Origin: an uncultured Bacilli bacterium
GTDB lineage: Bacteria; Bacillota_I; Bacilli_A; RF39; UBA660
Assembly: GCA_934096075.1 (NCBI GenBank)
Contig: CAKOLN010000005.1
Location: forward strand, 15,103 to 79,102
Direction: 5' to 3'
Length of the DNA stretch: 64,000 bases
The position numbers were made by a program, and so were the translations under genes. Positions within the stretch are counted from its first letter, which is position 1, and the number at the start of each line of letters is the position of its first letter. The notes under the pieces are model-generated. The model was not told the DNA's origin. It saw nothing but the letters and a program-made list of their open reading frames with translations, and did no database searches. This document shows positions 38,293-47,605 of the stretch, in pieces.

Positions 38293-39879
38293 TTAATTAT
38301 CCTCTAGTTCATCAGTCACCTTTTTTATAGTAGTATAATTTGTTATATATTTATTATAATAAACACTCTTTTTTAAAATTTCCGAATTAAAATTATCATC
38401 TCCAAGTTGTTCCACCATTGTTTTTTTACCAGAAAATAAATTAACTCCGAACCCAATTTTATCTCCATCAATTTTAGCACCTATACTTGCTAAAACAGTA
38501 GGATACATATCAAATGAAGAAAACATTCTATTTTTAGTATATTTTGTATCTATTGAACTATTAATAAAAACATTATAAATAGTTCTTTTATAATTAGGAT
38601 ATTCACTAAAATACTCTGAGTTCATATTAGGATGATCACCTGTAAGAACTATAGTTGTATTTTCATAAAAATCTTGTTCCTTAATCCAATCTATAAATTC
38701 ACTCACCATCTTAGATGAACAAGCATATGCATTAGATAAATGTTCACTAAACTTATTACTACAACTAGAATCAACATAACCATCTTTAAAATGAGTATCC
38801 ATTGTAAATATACTTACAGAAAATGGTTTATCTCCTTCTGCTAATTTAAGTATTTCATCTTTAGAAAATTCTAATACCTTTTTATCTTCTACACCTTCCC
38901 AAACATGATACCCGCTAGGTACTAATCCACGATTAACCATTTCATAATAATCTAAAATTTCATAATTACCATGAGTTGTGTAATATTTATCTGTTCCTGC
39001 AAAGAATCTCCCTGTTCCTTGAATTAATTCAAGGTTATAACCTTCATCTTTTAGAACATCCCCTAAGTTTCTCACATTAGGCATAAATTCCTCAACCATA
39101 TCATAATCATTTCCAAGCTCAACTAAAATTGGTGTCCCAGAAGTAGATGCCACTGTAGCTGCAATTGTCCAAGCTGTAGTTGAAAGTCTATATGCTCCAC
39201 CCAACTTATCAGTATTTGAAAAACTAATATTATCTAAAGCTAATTTTTCTAATTCAGGTATTCTAGATTTACTAAAGACACCACCATTTTCCGGAGAAAC
39301 TAAACTAGCTTCCATACTTTCAAGATATAAAATAATTAAATTTTTCTTCTTCTCAGGGAACTTAATCTTAACTTCATTAGTATTTACATAACTAGTTTCA
39401 TAAATATCACCACTTGTTAAATTATTCTTAATATAAGTATGCGCTCCCAACTTAAACATAATAAACACTGCACTCATAGCTAATACTATTAAAGAATATA
39501 CAAGTTTATACTTGTGAAATACTGGATACAATTTAATATCTTTATTCCTAATTTGTAAACTTATTTTTACTCTCTTACTATTTATAATAGGTATAAGTAA
39601 AATTACCAAAAGTGAAATAAACAAACCAGCACAAGCTTTAACACCTTCATAAAATACTGAACTGCCAAATCCAGTTTTAGGACTAATTAAATAATAAACA
39701 ATTTCATAAAAACTAACATTGCTTAAAAACTTCTCTATATAAAAACTTAAACAAAATATTCCAATACCTAAAACTAATATCAAAATAGAAACTATATTAT
39801 TTATTATTCTTAATATTTTTTCTTTTTTTGGTTTCTTTACTTGAATTTTTCTCTTCCCTAACTTCAACTTTTCCTTCAT
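38293..39879 (-). CDS. LtaS-family (sulfatase-fold) phosphoglycerol transferase-like protein
   Basis: It has N-terminal TMs and a sulfatase domain with ESMEASLV...TAWTIAATVASTSGTP...LTGDHPNM. Confidence 0.6.
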   Translation of the reverse strand: MKEKLKLGKRKIQVKKPKKEKILRIINNIVSILILVLGIGIFCLSFYIEKFLSNVSFYEIVYYLISPKTGFGSSVFYEGVKACAGLFISLLVILLIPIINSKRVKISLQIRNKDIKLYPVFHKYKLVYSLIVLAMSAVFIMFKLGAHTYIKNNLTSGDIYETSYVNTNEVKIKFPEKKKNLIILYLESMEASLVSPENGGVFSKSRIPELEKLALDNISFSNTDKLGGAYRLSTTAWTIAATVASTSGTPILVELGNDYDMVEEFMPNVRNLGDVLKDEGYNLELIQGTGRFFAGTDKYYTTHGNYEILDYYEMVNRGLVPSGYHVWEGVEDKKVLEFSKDEILKLAEGDKPFSVSIFTMDTHFKDGYVDSSCSNKFSEHLSNAYACSSKMVSEFIDWIKEQDFYENTTIVLTGDHPNMNSEYFSEYPNYKRTIYNVFINSSIDTKYTKNRMFSSFDMYPTVLASIGAKIDGDKIGFGVNLFSGKKTMVEQLGDDNFNSEILKKSVYYNKYITNYTTIKKVTDELEDN

Positions 39880-40183
39880 TATTTATTACCTCTTTAACTT
39901 CAACATTTAATTTAATATTTTTACTTACTATTACAAATAGAATACTTAAAAAAACCGAAATAATTAAACTACACAATGAATATTTAACAGTAAACACATT
40001 AGTAAAATTAAATGATTTAATTCCTTTTACACTATACATAAACACATAACTAATAATATTTGTTAATAAAGTATTTAATAAATAAACATAAATTCCTAAT
40101 TTTTCATTTTCTTTAGTTGTATTTCTTAAATAAATAATTGTACCCAAACTACTAGGTAACATTAATGCTATAAACTTATTCAT
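39797..40183 (-). CDS. small membrane protein; 83-nt overlap with the LtaS-like ORF (possible frameshift or N-terminal extension)
   Basis: The 128-aa ORF has three hydrophobic helices and a K/E-rich tail read in an alternative frame of the ltaS-like 5' end. Confidence 0.3.
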   Translation of the reverse strand: MNKFIALMLPSSLGTIIYLRNTTKENEKLGIYVYLLNTLLTNIISYVFMYSVKGIKSFNFTNVFTVKYSLCSLIISVFLSILFVIVSKNIKLNVEVKEVINNEGKVEVREEKNSSKETKKRKNIKNNK

Positions 40184-40321
40184 AATTCATCTCCTGATTA
40201 AGTATTATACTACATAGTTAAAAATTTTCAAAGACATTAAAATAAAATTTAAATGATTTTACTACATAATTACATAAAGTTGTTACATCAAGCAAATATT
40301 TTATTTAACTTACATATAATC

Positions 40322-40352
40322 GCATTAAAAAAACCAAGAAGTAACTCTTGAT
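40322..40352 (-). terminator. terminator after rpsI
   Basis: The minus strand reads CAAGAgttacTTCTTG followed by GTTTTTTTAAT. Confidence 0.45.
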
Positions 40353-40362
40353 TTTTATAAAA

Positions 40363-40764
40363 TTATCTCTTACTAAATTGTGGAGCACGTCTTGCCTTCT
40401 TAAGACCATATTTCTTACGTTCTTTAATTCTAGCATCTCTAGTTACCATACCAGCACCTTTTAAAGTTGGTCTATAACCTTCTCTATCTGCTTCCATTAA
40501 AGCTCTAGCAATACCTAATCTAATAGCGCCAGTTTGACCAGTAAAACCTCCACCTCTAACTACTACATCAACATCATATGAATCTGCTGTACCAGTTAAT
40601 TCTAAAGGTTGTTTTAAATCCATAACTAACATTTTATTAGGTAAATAATTATTAACATCAACACCATTAACAGTAATCTTACCATTACCAGCTTTTAATG
40701 TAACTTGTGCTACTGCTCTTTTTCTTCTACCAGTAGCTGTATAAACTGTTTCTTTCTTTGCCAT
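40363..40764 (-). CDS. rpsI: 30S ribosomal protein S9
   Basis: The C-terminus ...[19 protein letters not shown]...[25 protein letters not shown] is diagnostic of S9. Confidence 0.95.
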   Translation of the reverse strand: MAKKETVYTATGRRKRAVAQVTLKAGNGKITVNGVDVNNYLPNKMLVMDLKQPLELTGTADSYDVDVVVRGGGFTGQTGAIRLGIARALMEADREGYRPTLKGAGMVTRDARIKERKKYGLKKARRAPQFSKR

Positions 40765-40774
40765 AGTCTTCCTC

Positions 40775-41203
40775 CTATAATTCTATCTTTTCTGGCTTTT
40801 GAGCAACTTGCTTATATTCAGAACCTTCATAAACATATAAATTTCTAAACATATCTCTACCTAAAGTATTCTTAGGAAGCATTCCTTTAACAGCTCTTTC
40901 AACCATTTCAACTGGATAATCTTTCTTCATTGTTCTAGCAGTTCTTTCTCTTAAACCACCTGGAAAACCACTATGGTTGTAATAAACTTTTTTATCAAGT
41001 TTATCACCAGTAAGATTAACTTTACCAGCATTAATAATAACAACTGCATCTCCACAGTTAATGTGAGGTGTATAAGTAACCTTATGTTTACCTCTTAAAA
41101 TATGTGCTGCTTTAGTAGCAACTCTACCAAGATTTTCTCCTTCAGCATCTATAAGATACCATTTAGTAGAAACATCTTCTTTTCTTAACATAAATGTCTT
41201 CAT
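40775..41203 (-). CDS. rplM: 50S ribosomal protein L13
   Basis: [23 protein letters not shown] is the L13 signature. Confidence 0.95.
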   Translation of the reverse strand: MKTFMLRKEDVSTKWYLIDAEGENLGRVATKAAHILRGKHKVTYTPHINCGDAVVIINAGKVNLTGDKLDKKVYYNHSGFPGGLRERTARTMKKDYPVEMVERAVKGMLPKNTLGRDMFRNLYVYEGSEYKQVAQKPEKIEL

Positions 41204-41434
41204 AATATCTCCTTCTTTATCCTTATATTATATGACTTCCCACATCAATAACACAAGAACTTAAAAAATGTACCGAGTATCATTATACATAAACTAATGA
41301 TAAAAGTCAAATAAAATAGTACAAAAAATCATAAAATTTACTAATATATGTGTAAAATTTTAATATTGACAAACTAAAAGTATCATTATAAAATTAAAAC
41401 TAGATAAAAGAATAAAAAATTGGAGGAATAATAA

Positions 41435-42565
41435 ATGAAAAAAAGATCAAGCGGAGTTTTAGTAATTATAATAATAATGATAATTTTGTCTCTTTCTGGA
41501 GGTGTTGTGGGACTGTTAGCAAACATGAACCAAAACAACAATAAACCAAAAGATGACACTAAACCAAAAAATTACGAAATTACCTATAGATATTATATAG
41601 ACAGCGAAGAAGTTAACAAAGAAAAGATAGATGATAGTAAAGAAAAAATAATAGAATGTGACTTAGTAGCAAATCCAACTTGTGTACCAGGGACTAAGCA
41701 AGATGCCACAATTAAATTTGAAAAGTATACTTGTACTAACAATGTTAAAGGTGAATGGATTGATGAAAATTGGGAATTCACTCCTGATTTAACTGCTAAT
41801 ACAACTTGTAGACTTTACTTTACAAACTTAATTCATGATGTCAAATTCACAGTTACCAATGGTTCTTTACCAGTGGAAAATCCAGAAGGTATAATAAAAA
41901 ATAGACTAGGTGAAGATAGTACTATAATAATAACACCAACTACAGGATATAAATTTGATAAAGCTGAATGTGACAATAATGCTACTGCTGAATTTAATCA
42001 AGAAACTAATTTATTAACAGTTAAAAATGTAACAAAAAATACAACATGTACAATATCATTTAAAATTAATGATTACACAGTTGAAGTTAAAACCTCAAAT
42101 GGGACATCATCAGAAGAACCTAAAAGTGCTAATTATGGTGGAACAGTAACATTTAATGTTACTCCTGCTGAAAACTACGGGGATGCAATTGTAACATGTA
42201 CTAATAATCAAAAAGCAACTTTCGTAAATAATGTATTAACTGTATCAAGCATAACAAGTGATACTGTATGTACAGTTCAATTTAAGCCATTAAAACATAC
42301 AGTTAACTTAACTGTAGTCAATGGAACATTAGGAATAAATAATAGTCCACAAACAACACAAGATGGTGGAACAGTTTCATTTGACGTAACAAAATCAGAA
42401 GGATTTGGATTTACTAATCACGAATTAACCTGTGATGTAGAAGGACAAAAAATAGAATTGCAAAGTAATGGAACAAGTACAGCTATGGTATTCGTATATA
42501 ATGTTAAAGGAAATTTGAACTGTAAGTTGGTACTAAAGAAAATAGAAACTGAAACGAACAACTAA
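41435..42565 (+). CDS. secreted/membrane-anchored protein with ~4 repeated ~80-aa Cys-containing domains
   Basis: It has an N-terminal TM or signal. The pattern NTTC(R/T)(L/I)xF(T/K)xN...TV recurs four times. There is no LPXTG. Confidence 0.4.
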   Translation: MKKRSSGVLVIIIIMIILSLSGGVVGLLANMNQNNNKPKDDTKPKNYEITYRYYIDSEEVNKEKIDDSKEKIIECDLVANPTCVPGTKQDATIKFEKYTCTNNVKGEWIDENWEFTPDLTANTTCRLYFTNLIHDVKFTVTNGSLPVENPEGIIKNRLGEDSTIIITPTTGYKFDKAECDNNATAEFNQETNLLTVKNVTKNTTCTISFKINDYTVEVKTSNGTSSEEPKSANYGGTVTFNVTPAENYGDAIVTCTNNQKATFVNNVLTVSSITSDTVCTVQFKPLKHTVNLTVVNGTLGINNSPQTTQDGGTVSFDVTKSEGFGFTNHELTCDVEGQKIELQSNGTSTAMVFVYNVKGNLNCKLVLKKIETETNN

Positions 42566-42625
42566 GTTCGTTTTTTCTTGTTTAAAATATAACTTTATTA
42601 TATAATTAACACACGGTGATTTAAA

Positions 42626-43603
42626 ATGAAATGGAAAATTGGTAATGTAGAAATTAAAAATCAAGTAGTATTTGCACCTATGGCTGGTGTTTCCAATATA
42701 AGTTATAGACAAATAATAAAAGAAATGGGAGCCGGTCTTATATATTCAGAAATGATTTCTACAATGGGTATAGTTTATAATGGAAAAAAAACAATAGATT
42801 TAATTAACTTTAACGAAAATGAAAGACCAATAAGTATTCAAATATTTGGAAGTGACTTAAAATCATTTGTAGAAGCTGCAAAATACATAGAAGAAAACTT
42901 TCATCCAGATATAATAGATATTAACATGGGTTGTCCTGTACCTAAAGTTGCTATTAAAAGTCAAGCAGGAAGCGCATTACTAAAAGATCCTGACAAAATA
43001 TATGAAATAGTAAAGGCTGTTGTTAATAGCACAAACACACCAATAACAGTAAAAATCAGAAGTGGATGGGATGATAAACATATAAATGCTGTAGAAGTTG
43101 CACAAAAAATAGAAAGTGCTGGTGCATCAGCTATCGCAATTCATGCTAGAACTAGAAGTCAAGGATATTCAGGTAGTGCTAATTGGAATATAATTAAAGA
43201 AGTTAAACAATCTGTTAAAATACCAGTAATAGGTAACGGAGATATAACAACTCCAGAACTTGCAAAACAAATGCTAAATGAAACTGGATGTGATGCAATT
43301 ATGATAGGACGCGCTACTTTAGGTAACCCCTGGATAATAAAAGAAATAGTTCACTATCTAGATACCAATGAACTACTTCCAAAACCAACTAAGATAGAAA
43401 GAATAGAAATGATAAAAACACACTACAATTTATTAAAAAAATATTCAAATACTACACATGCATTATTAGAAATAAGAACCCATGCACTATGGTATTTAAA
43501 AGGTATACCAGGTACAAAAGAAATAAAAACTAAAATATGTCAGGCTAAAACAGAAGAAGAATTTATGAATATCATAAAGGAATTAAATGTACTAGTAAAA
43601 TAA
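42626..43603 (+). CDS. dusB: tRNA-dihydrouridine synthase
   Basis: VFAPMAGVSNISYRQI...DINMGCPVPKV...IHARTRSQGYSG is Dus family. Confidence 0.85.
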   Translation: MKWKIGNVEIKNQVVFAPMAGVSNISYRQIIKEMGAGLIYSEMISTMGIVYNGKKTIDLINFNENERPISIQIFGSDLKSFVEAAKYIEENFHPDIIDINMGCPVPKVAIKSQAGSALLKDPDKIYEIVKAVVNSTNTPITVKIRSGWDDKHINAVEVAQKIESAGASAIAIHARTRSQGYSGSANWNIIKEVKQSVKIPVIGNGDITTPELAKQMLNETGCDAIMIGRATLGNPWIIKEIVHYLDTNELLPKPTKIERIEMIKTHYNLLKKYSNTTHALLEIRTHALWYLKGIPGTKEIKTKICQAKTEEEFMNIIKELNVLVK

Positions 43604-43806
43604 TTTCTAGAAAAGATTAGAAATACATAGATTAAAATATTAAAATCATCATTCCGGATTTTTGACGTTTTCGTCCTTTTTACGTAATAATCTTAACAAT
43701 TATACTATTACCAGGCACATTTTCTCCAAAAAAAGTAATACTTAATTTAGGAAAACTTGAATATCAATAATACATTTAACTATTTAGTTTTATAACACAC
43801 ACCCGA

Positions 43807-43835
43807 TTGACAAAACAACATTAATATAGTAAAAT
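43807..43835 (+). promoter_or_regulatory. sigma-A promoter TTGACA-17-TAAAAT for the lysS leader
   Basis: TTGACA is at 43807-43812, the spacer is 17 nt and TAAAAT is at 43830-43835. Confidence 0.5.
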
Positions 43836-43844
43836 ACCCATAGA

Positions 43845-44050
43845 AATCAAAGAGAAGGACGAGTAATATCAATTCTTATCATAGAGAATTAGTGGTTGGT
43901 GTAAACTAATATAAGAATAATATGAATAAAACCTTTGAGAGGCTTATGCCCGGTTAAATACCGTTATAATGAAAGAGTCAGTTAATGATAAGAAAGGTGG
44001 TACAGTGAACCCAAAGTTTGCCCTTTTGTCATTAACTTTTTTTATTAAGA
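43845..44050 (+). promoter_or_regulatory. T-box riboswitch leader upstream of lysS
   Basis: The 220-nt leader has AAUUAGUGGUUGG early on and a T-box-like GAAAGGUGGUACAGUGAACC at 43990-44009. A U-run (aacttttttt) lies ahead of the RBS GGAGG. Confidence 0.45.
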
Positions 44051-44065
44051 AGGAGGAATAAAATA

Positions 44066-45535
44066 ATGGAAAATTTAACAGAACAAGAAATTGTAAGGAG
44101 AGGAAAACTAGATAATATTAAAGAATATTGTAATCCGTATCCAGAAAAATATGAAAGAACACATACATTAAAAGATGCTAAAACTTTAAATGATGGAACA
44201 CAAGATGTTAAAATTGCAGGAAGAATAGTATTCATGAGAAAAATGGGTAAACTAAGTTTCATTAAAATAAGAGATATTGAAGAAAGCATGCAACTTGAAT
44301 TTAAGGTAGATACTTTAGGTGAAGAAAAATATGACTTCATGAAAAAATTAATTGATACAGGAGACTTTATAGGTGCTGAAGGAGAAATATTCACAACTCA
44401 AACTGGAGAAAAAACCCTAAGAGTTCATAACTTTACTTTCCTAGGTAAAGCGCTTAAACCATTACCAGAAAAATTCCATGGATTACAAGACACAGAATTA
44501 AAATATAGACAAAGATATGTTGACTTAATAACAAATGAAGAAAGTAGAAAAGTATTTCTAGGTAGAAGTAAAATGTATGCATTCATACATAAGTACCTAA
44601 ACGAAAATGGATTCCTAGAAGTTGAAACACCTATAATTCAAACCGCAGTATGTGGCGCTAGTGCAAAACCTTTCTATACTCATCACAATGCATTAGATAT
44701 AGATTGTAATTTAAGAATCGCTCCAGAAACTTATTTAAAACAATGTATATCAGGTGGATTTGATCGTGTGTATGAAGTAGCTAAATGCTTTAGAAATGAA
44801 GGTATGGATCCACAACACTTACAAGAATTCACACAAGTTGAATGGTATGTTGCATATTGGAATTTTGAAGATACAATTGTATTCTATAAAAACTTTATAA
44901 AGAATATGTTACTAGAATTAGTAGGTACAACAACAATTGAATATCAAGGAAACACATTAGATTTTGGAAAAGATAAATGGCCAAGAATTAATTATATTGA
45001 AGAAATGAATAAAATATTAGGATTTGAATTCTTAGACATAGAAGATCCATTGGTATTAAAAGAAAAAATAAATGAAAAAGGTTTATTTACTTTACAAGAT
45101 TTAAATGATTACAAATCAGTAAGTCAAATAATAGACTATGTATACAAAAGAAAAATTAGAGAAAATATAATGGAACCTACTATTATATATAACTACCCTT
45201 CTATCATGATGCCACTTACAAGAAGAAACGACATTAATCCAAAAGCATCAGATATGTTCCAAGTAGTTGCCGCAGGTACTGAACTTTGTAAAGCATATTC
45301 AGAATTAGTTAATCCATTTGATCAAAGAGAAGCATTTGAAAGTCAAATGAAAGCTAAACAACAAGGTGACGATGAAACTATGGAATTAGATGAAGGATTC
45401 CTAGGTTCTATGGAACAAGGAATGCCACCTATCTCAGGACTAGGATTTGGAATAGATAGACTAATGATGCTTATCTATAACCAAGAATCTGTAAGAGATG
45501 TAGTATTATTCCCTATGATGAAACCAGAAAATTAA
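44066..45535 (+). CDS. lysS: lysyl-tRNA synthetase (class II)
   Basis: It has an OB-fold N-domain and class II motifs (FRNEG, GLGFGIDRLMML). Confidence 0.95.
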   Translation: MENLTEQEIVRRGKLDNIKEYCNPYPEKYERTHTLKDAKTLNDGTQDVKIAGRIVFMRKMGKLSFIKIRDIEESMQLEFKVDTLGEEKYDFMKKLIDTGDFIGAEGEIFTTQTGEKTLRVHNFTFLGKALKPLPEKFHGLQDTELKYRQRYVDLITNEESRKVFLGRSKMYAFIHKYLNENGFLEVETPIIQTAVCGASAKPFYTHHNALDIDCNLRIAPETYLKQCISGGFDRVYEVAKCFRNEGMDPQHLQEFTQVEWYVAYWNFEDTIVFYKNFIKNMLLELVGTTTIEYQGNTLDFGKDKWPRINYIEEMNKILGFEFLDIEDPLVLKEKINEKGLFTLQDLNDYKSVSQIIDYVYKRKIRENIMEPTIIYNYPSIMMPLTRRNDINPKASDMFQVVAAGTELCKAYSELVNPFDQREAFESQMKAKQQGDDETMELDEGFLGSMEQGMPPISGLGFGIDRLMMLIYNQESVRDVVLFPMMKPEN

Positions 45536-45560
45536 AAAGAGGCAAAACCTCTTTTTTTTA
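45536..45560. terminator. bidirectional terminator shared by lysS and the convergent lipoprotein gene
   Basis: aaaAGAGGcaaaaCCTCTttttttt. Confidence 0.6.
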
Positions 45561-46409
45561 ATCATCAGAATCTTTAGTTAAACTAAGAGTTAAATTCATT
45601 ATATTTTCTTCATACCAAATTTCAATACCATTGTTTTCCTTATTTGTAGCTTCAAAAATATAATCTTCATATTGTTCAATATTAACAAATCCACTTTCTT
45701 TTAACTTATTAACATACTCAAAATAATCATCTTTTGAAACACCAACCGCATAAAATGAAAAATCTTCTTCATCAGAATCTATAACTGCATAATATTTAAA
45801 ATCAGGCACTGGTATTAATTTAGAAAGTTCTGTTTTAGGCCAAACATTTAAATCAATAGTAGTTTCATCAATTCTCCAACTTTTATCTACAAAACTATAA
45901 TATGCTAAATACAACTTTTTATCTTTACCAATTACACCTATTTGAACTTCATTAAGTTCCATCAAATCAAATTGTTCCTTACTTGGTGTATCATACCAAC
46001 TATAATTATTATAACCTATTGTTAACATAACATTTCTAGTTGTACTCCCTTTCTCAATCAATTCATCTGTATTACCTCTTAATGTTACATCTCTTTTAGA
46101 ATCATCTTCATCAATAAACCAATCATGATCTTTCATAAATTCATCATATAAGCTTAACATTTCTTCTGTAACATCATCTTTAACCTTATATTTAAAATTT
46201 ACACTAATTAAATCGTATTTAGAATTATTTGTAAATTCAACTATATAACAATCAAAACCACTACACTTACTTTTTTCTGCATTAAAAGCAAAATCCTTTA
46301 TATTTAAATCTTTAGTACTTAATGTCTTATTAATTAAGGTGGTCTTATTTCCACATCCAGTCAAAACTATTCCTAAAATCACTAATAATATAAATTTAAT
46401 CTTTTTCAT
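45558..46409 (-). CDS. lipoprotein, unknown function
   Basis: It has an LTGCGN lipobox. The protein is 283 aa. Confidence 0.4.
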   Translation of the reverse strand: MKKIKFILLVILGIVLTGCGNKTTLINKTLSTKDLNIKDFAFNAEKSKCSGFDCYIVEFTNNSKYDLISVNFKYKVKDDVTEEMLSLYDEFMKDHDWFIDEDDSKRDVTLRGNTDELIEKGSTTRNVMLTIGYNNYSWYDTPSKEQFDLMELNEVQIGVIGKDKKLYLAYYSFVDKSWRIDETTIDLNVWPKTELSKLIPVPDFKYYAVIDSDEEDFSFYAVGVSKDDYFEYVNKLKESGFVNIEQYEDYIFEATNKENNGIEIWYEENIMNLTLSLTKDSDD

Positions 46410-46422
46410 AAAATTTCACCTA

Positions 46423-46803
46423 TTACCATGCAGTAAATCCTTTTAACTTATATGACGCAATAGTTTCAGCATCTCCACTACATATAGCTTTTATTTTCCA
46501 AGTACCATTTGCATCCAAATTGTTAATATTATCTAAACAACTACCAACAACATTTCCATCTGCATCATAAGTATTAAATTCAACCTGTACATATGAATAC
46601 TCTGTACTTGAATTATTTTTTACAGTGCCCTCGATATAATAAGAAATAAAATAATCATCAGCATAGCCTCTATCTTCTAACAAAGTAAAATCATTCTCAT
46701 TTTTTAACTCTGATTCTATATCTTCCATACTACATCCTGTAATAAAAAATATAAACATAAATAATAAAAATATTTTTTTCATTTTAAACTCCTTTTCAAT
46801 CAA
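46423..46803 (-). CDS. lipoprotein, unknown function
   Basis: It has an ITGCSM lipobox. The protein is 126 aa. Confidence 0.4.
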   Translation of the reverse strand: MIEKEFKMKKIFLLFMFIFFITGCSMEDIESELKNENDFTLLEDRGYADDYFISYYIEGTVKNNSSTEYSYVQVEFNTYDADGNVVGSCLDNINNLDANGTWKIKAICSGDAETIASYKLKGFTAW

Positions 46804-47175
46804 TTAAGCTTCATCATCACAAAGTAATAAAATACCAGCCACAATGTTTACAAATAACAAAACACATATTTTAAAACCAGTACTCAATTTTTCATTATCT
46901 TTTTGCCTTCTACTAACTCGACATGTCATAGGAATTAACCAAGCTAAAGGAATTATTAACCATCCTGTACAAACACAAGAAATAATCATAAATACTTTTG
47001 CTGCCGTTAATAAACCACTATCATATCCTTTCTTTGAAAATGGTGCACCACAATTTGGACAAAACTGAATATTACTATCTTCTACTTGAGTACCACAATT
47101 TAAGCAAACTCTTGCCATAAATAATCCTCCTTTCCTTAAACATAGTATATCATAAAATCTTCTCGCAGGCGACAT
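46804..47175 (-). CDS. zinc-ribbon membrane protein
   Basis: It has CLNCGTQV...CPNCGAPF followed by two TM helices. Confidence 0.35.
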   Translation of the reverse strand: MSPARRFYDILCLRKGGLFMARVCLNCGTQVEDSNIQFCPNCGAPFSKKGYDSGLLTAAKVFMIISCVCTGWLIIPLAWLIPMTCRVSRRQKDNEKLSTGFKICVLLFVNIVAGILLLCDDEA

Positions 47176-47229
47176 ATTTTTTAATTAATTTATGTAATAA
47201 TAGTTAATTAGAAAGGAGTATGGTCTTCT

Positions 47230-47469
47230 ATGAGTAGATATTCAAAACAAAATTTATCTATATTAGTAAGAAAAAACATAAGAAAATATAGATTGATAAG
47301 AAATTACACTTTACAAGAATTAGCTGATAAAGCCGACTTATCACATGGATATGTAAGAGATCTTGAATGTCTATCTATAGATAAAACACCTACCCTTGAA
47401 GCAATTGGTAAATTTGCAGATGCATTAGAAATAGATATTAGACAGTTATTTGATGATGTAAAAGAATAA
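47230..47469 (+). CDS. XRE-family HTH regulator
   Basis: YTLQELADKADLSHGYVRDLE is an HTH motif. Confidence 0.5.
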   Translation: MSRYSKQNLSILVRKNIRKYRLIRNYTLQELADKADLSHGYVRDLECLSIDKTPTLEAIGKFADALEIDIRQLFDDVKE

Positions 47470-47605
47470 AAATTAGAGTTTCTCCTCTAATTTTTTTAAA
47501 TTGTTCCAAACATTATACCATTTTATATGGTATTTTTGTGAAAATTGCATAAATTCTTGTAAAACTTTACATAAATATTGTATAATTAGTCTAGGAGGTA
47601 GAAAA

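Noticed and set aside
44032-44394. 120-aa minus-strand ORF over the lysS 5' end
   Set aside because: It is antisense to lysS and of low complexity.
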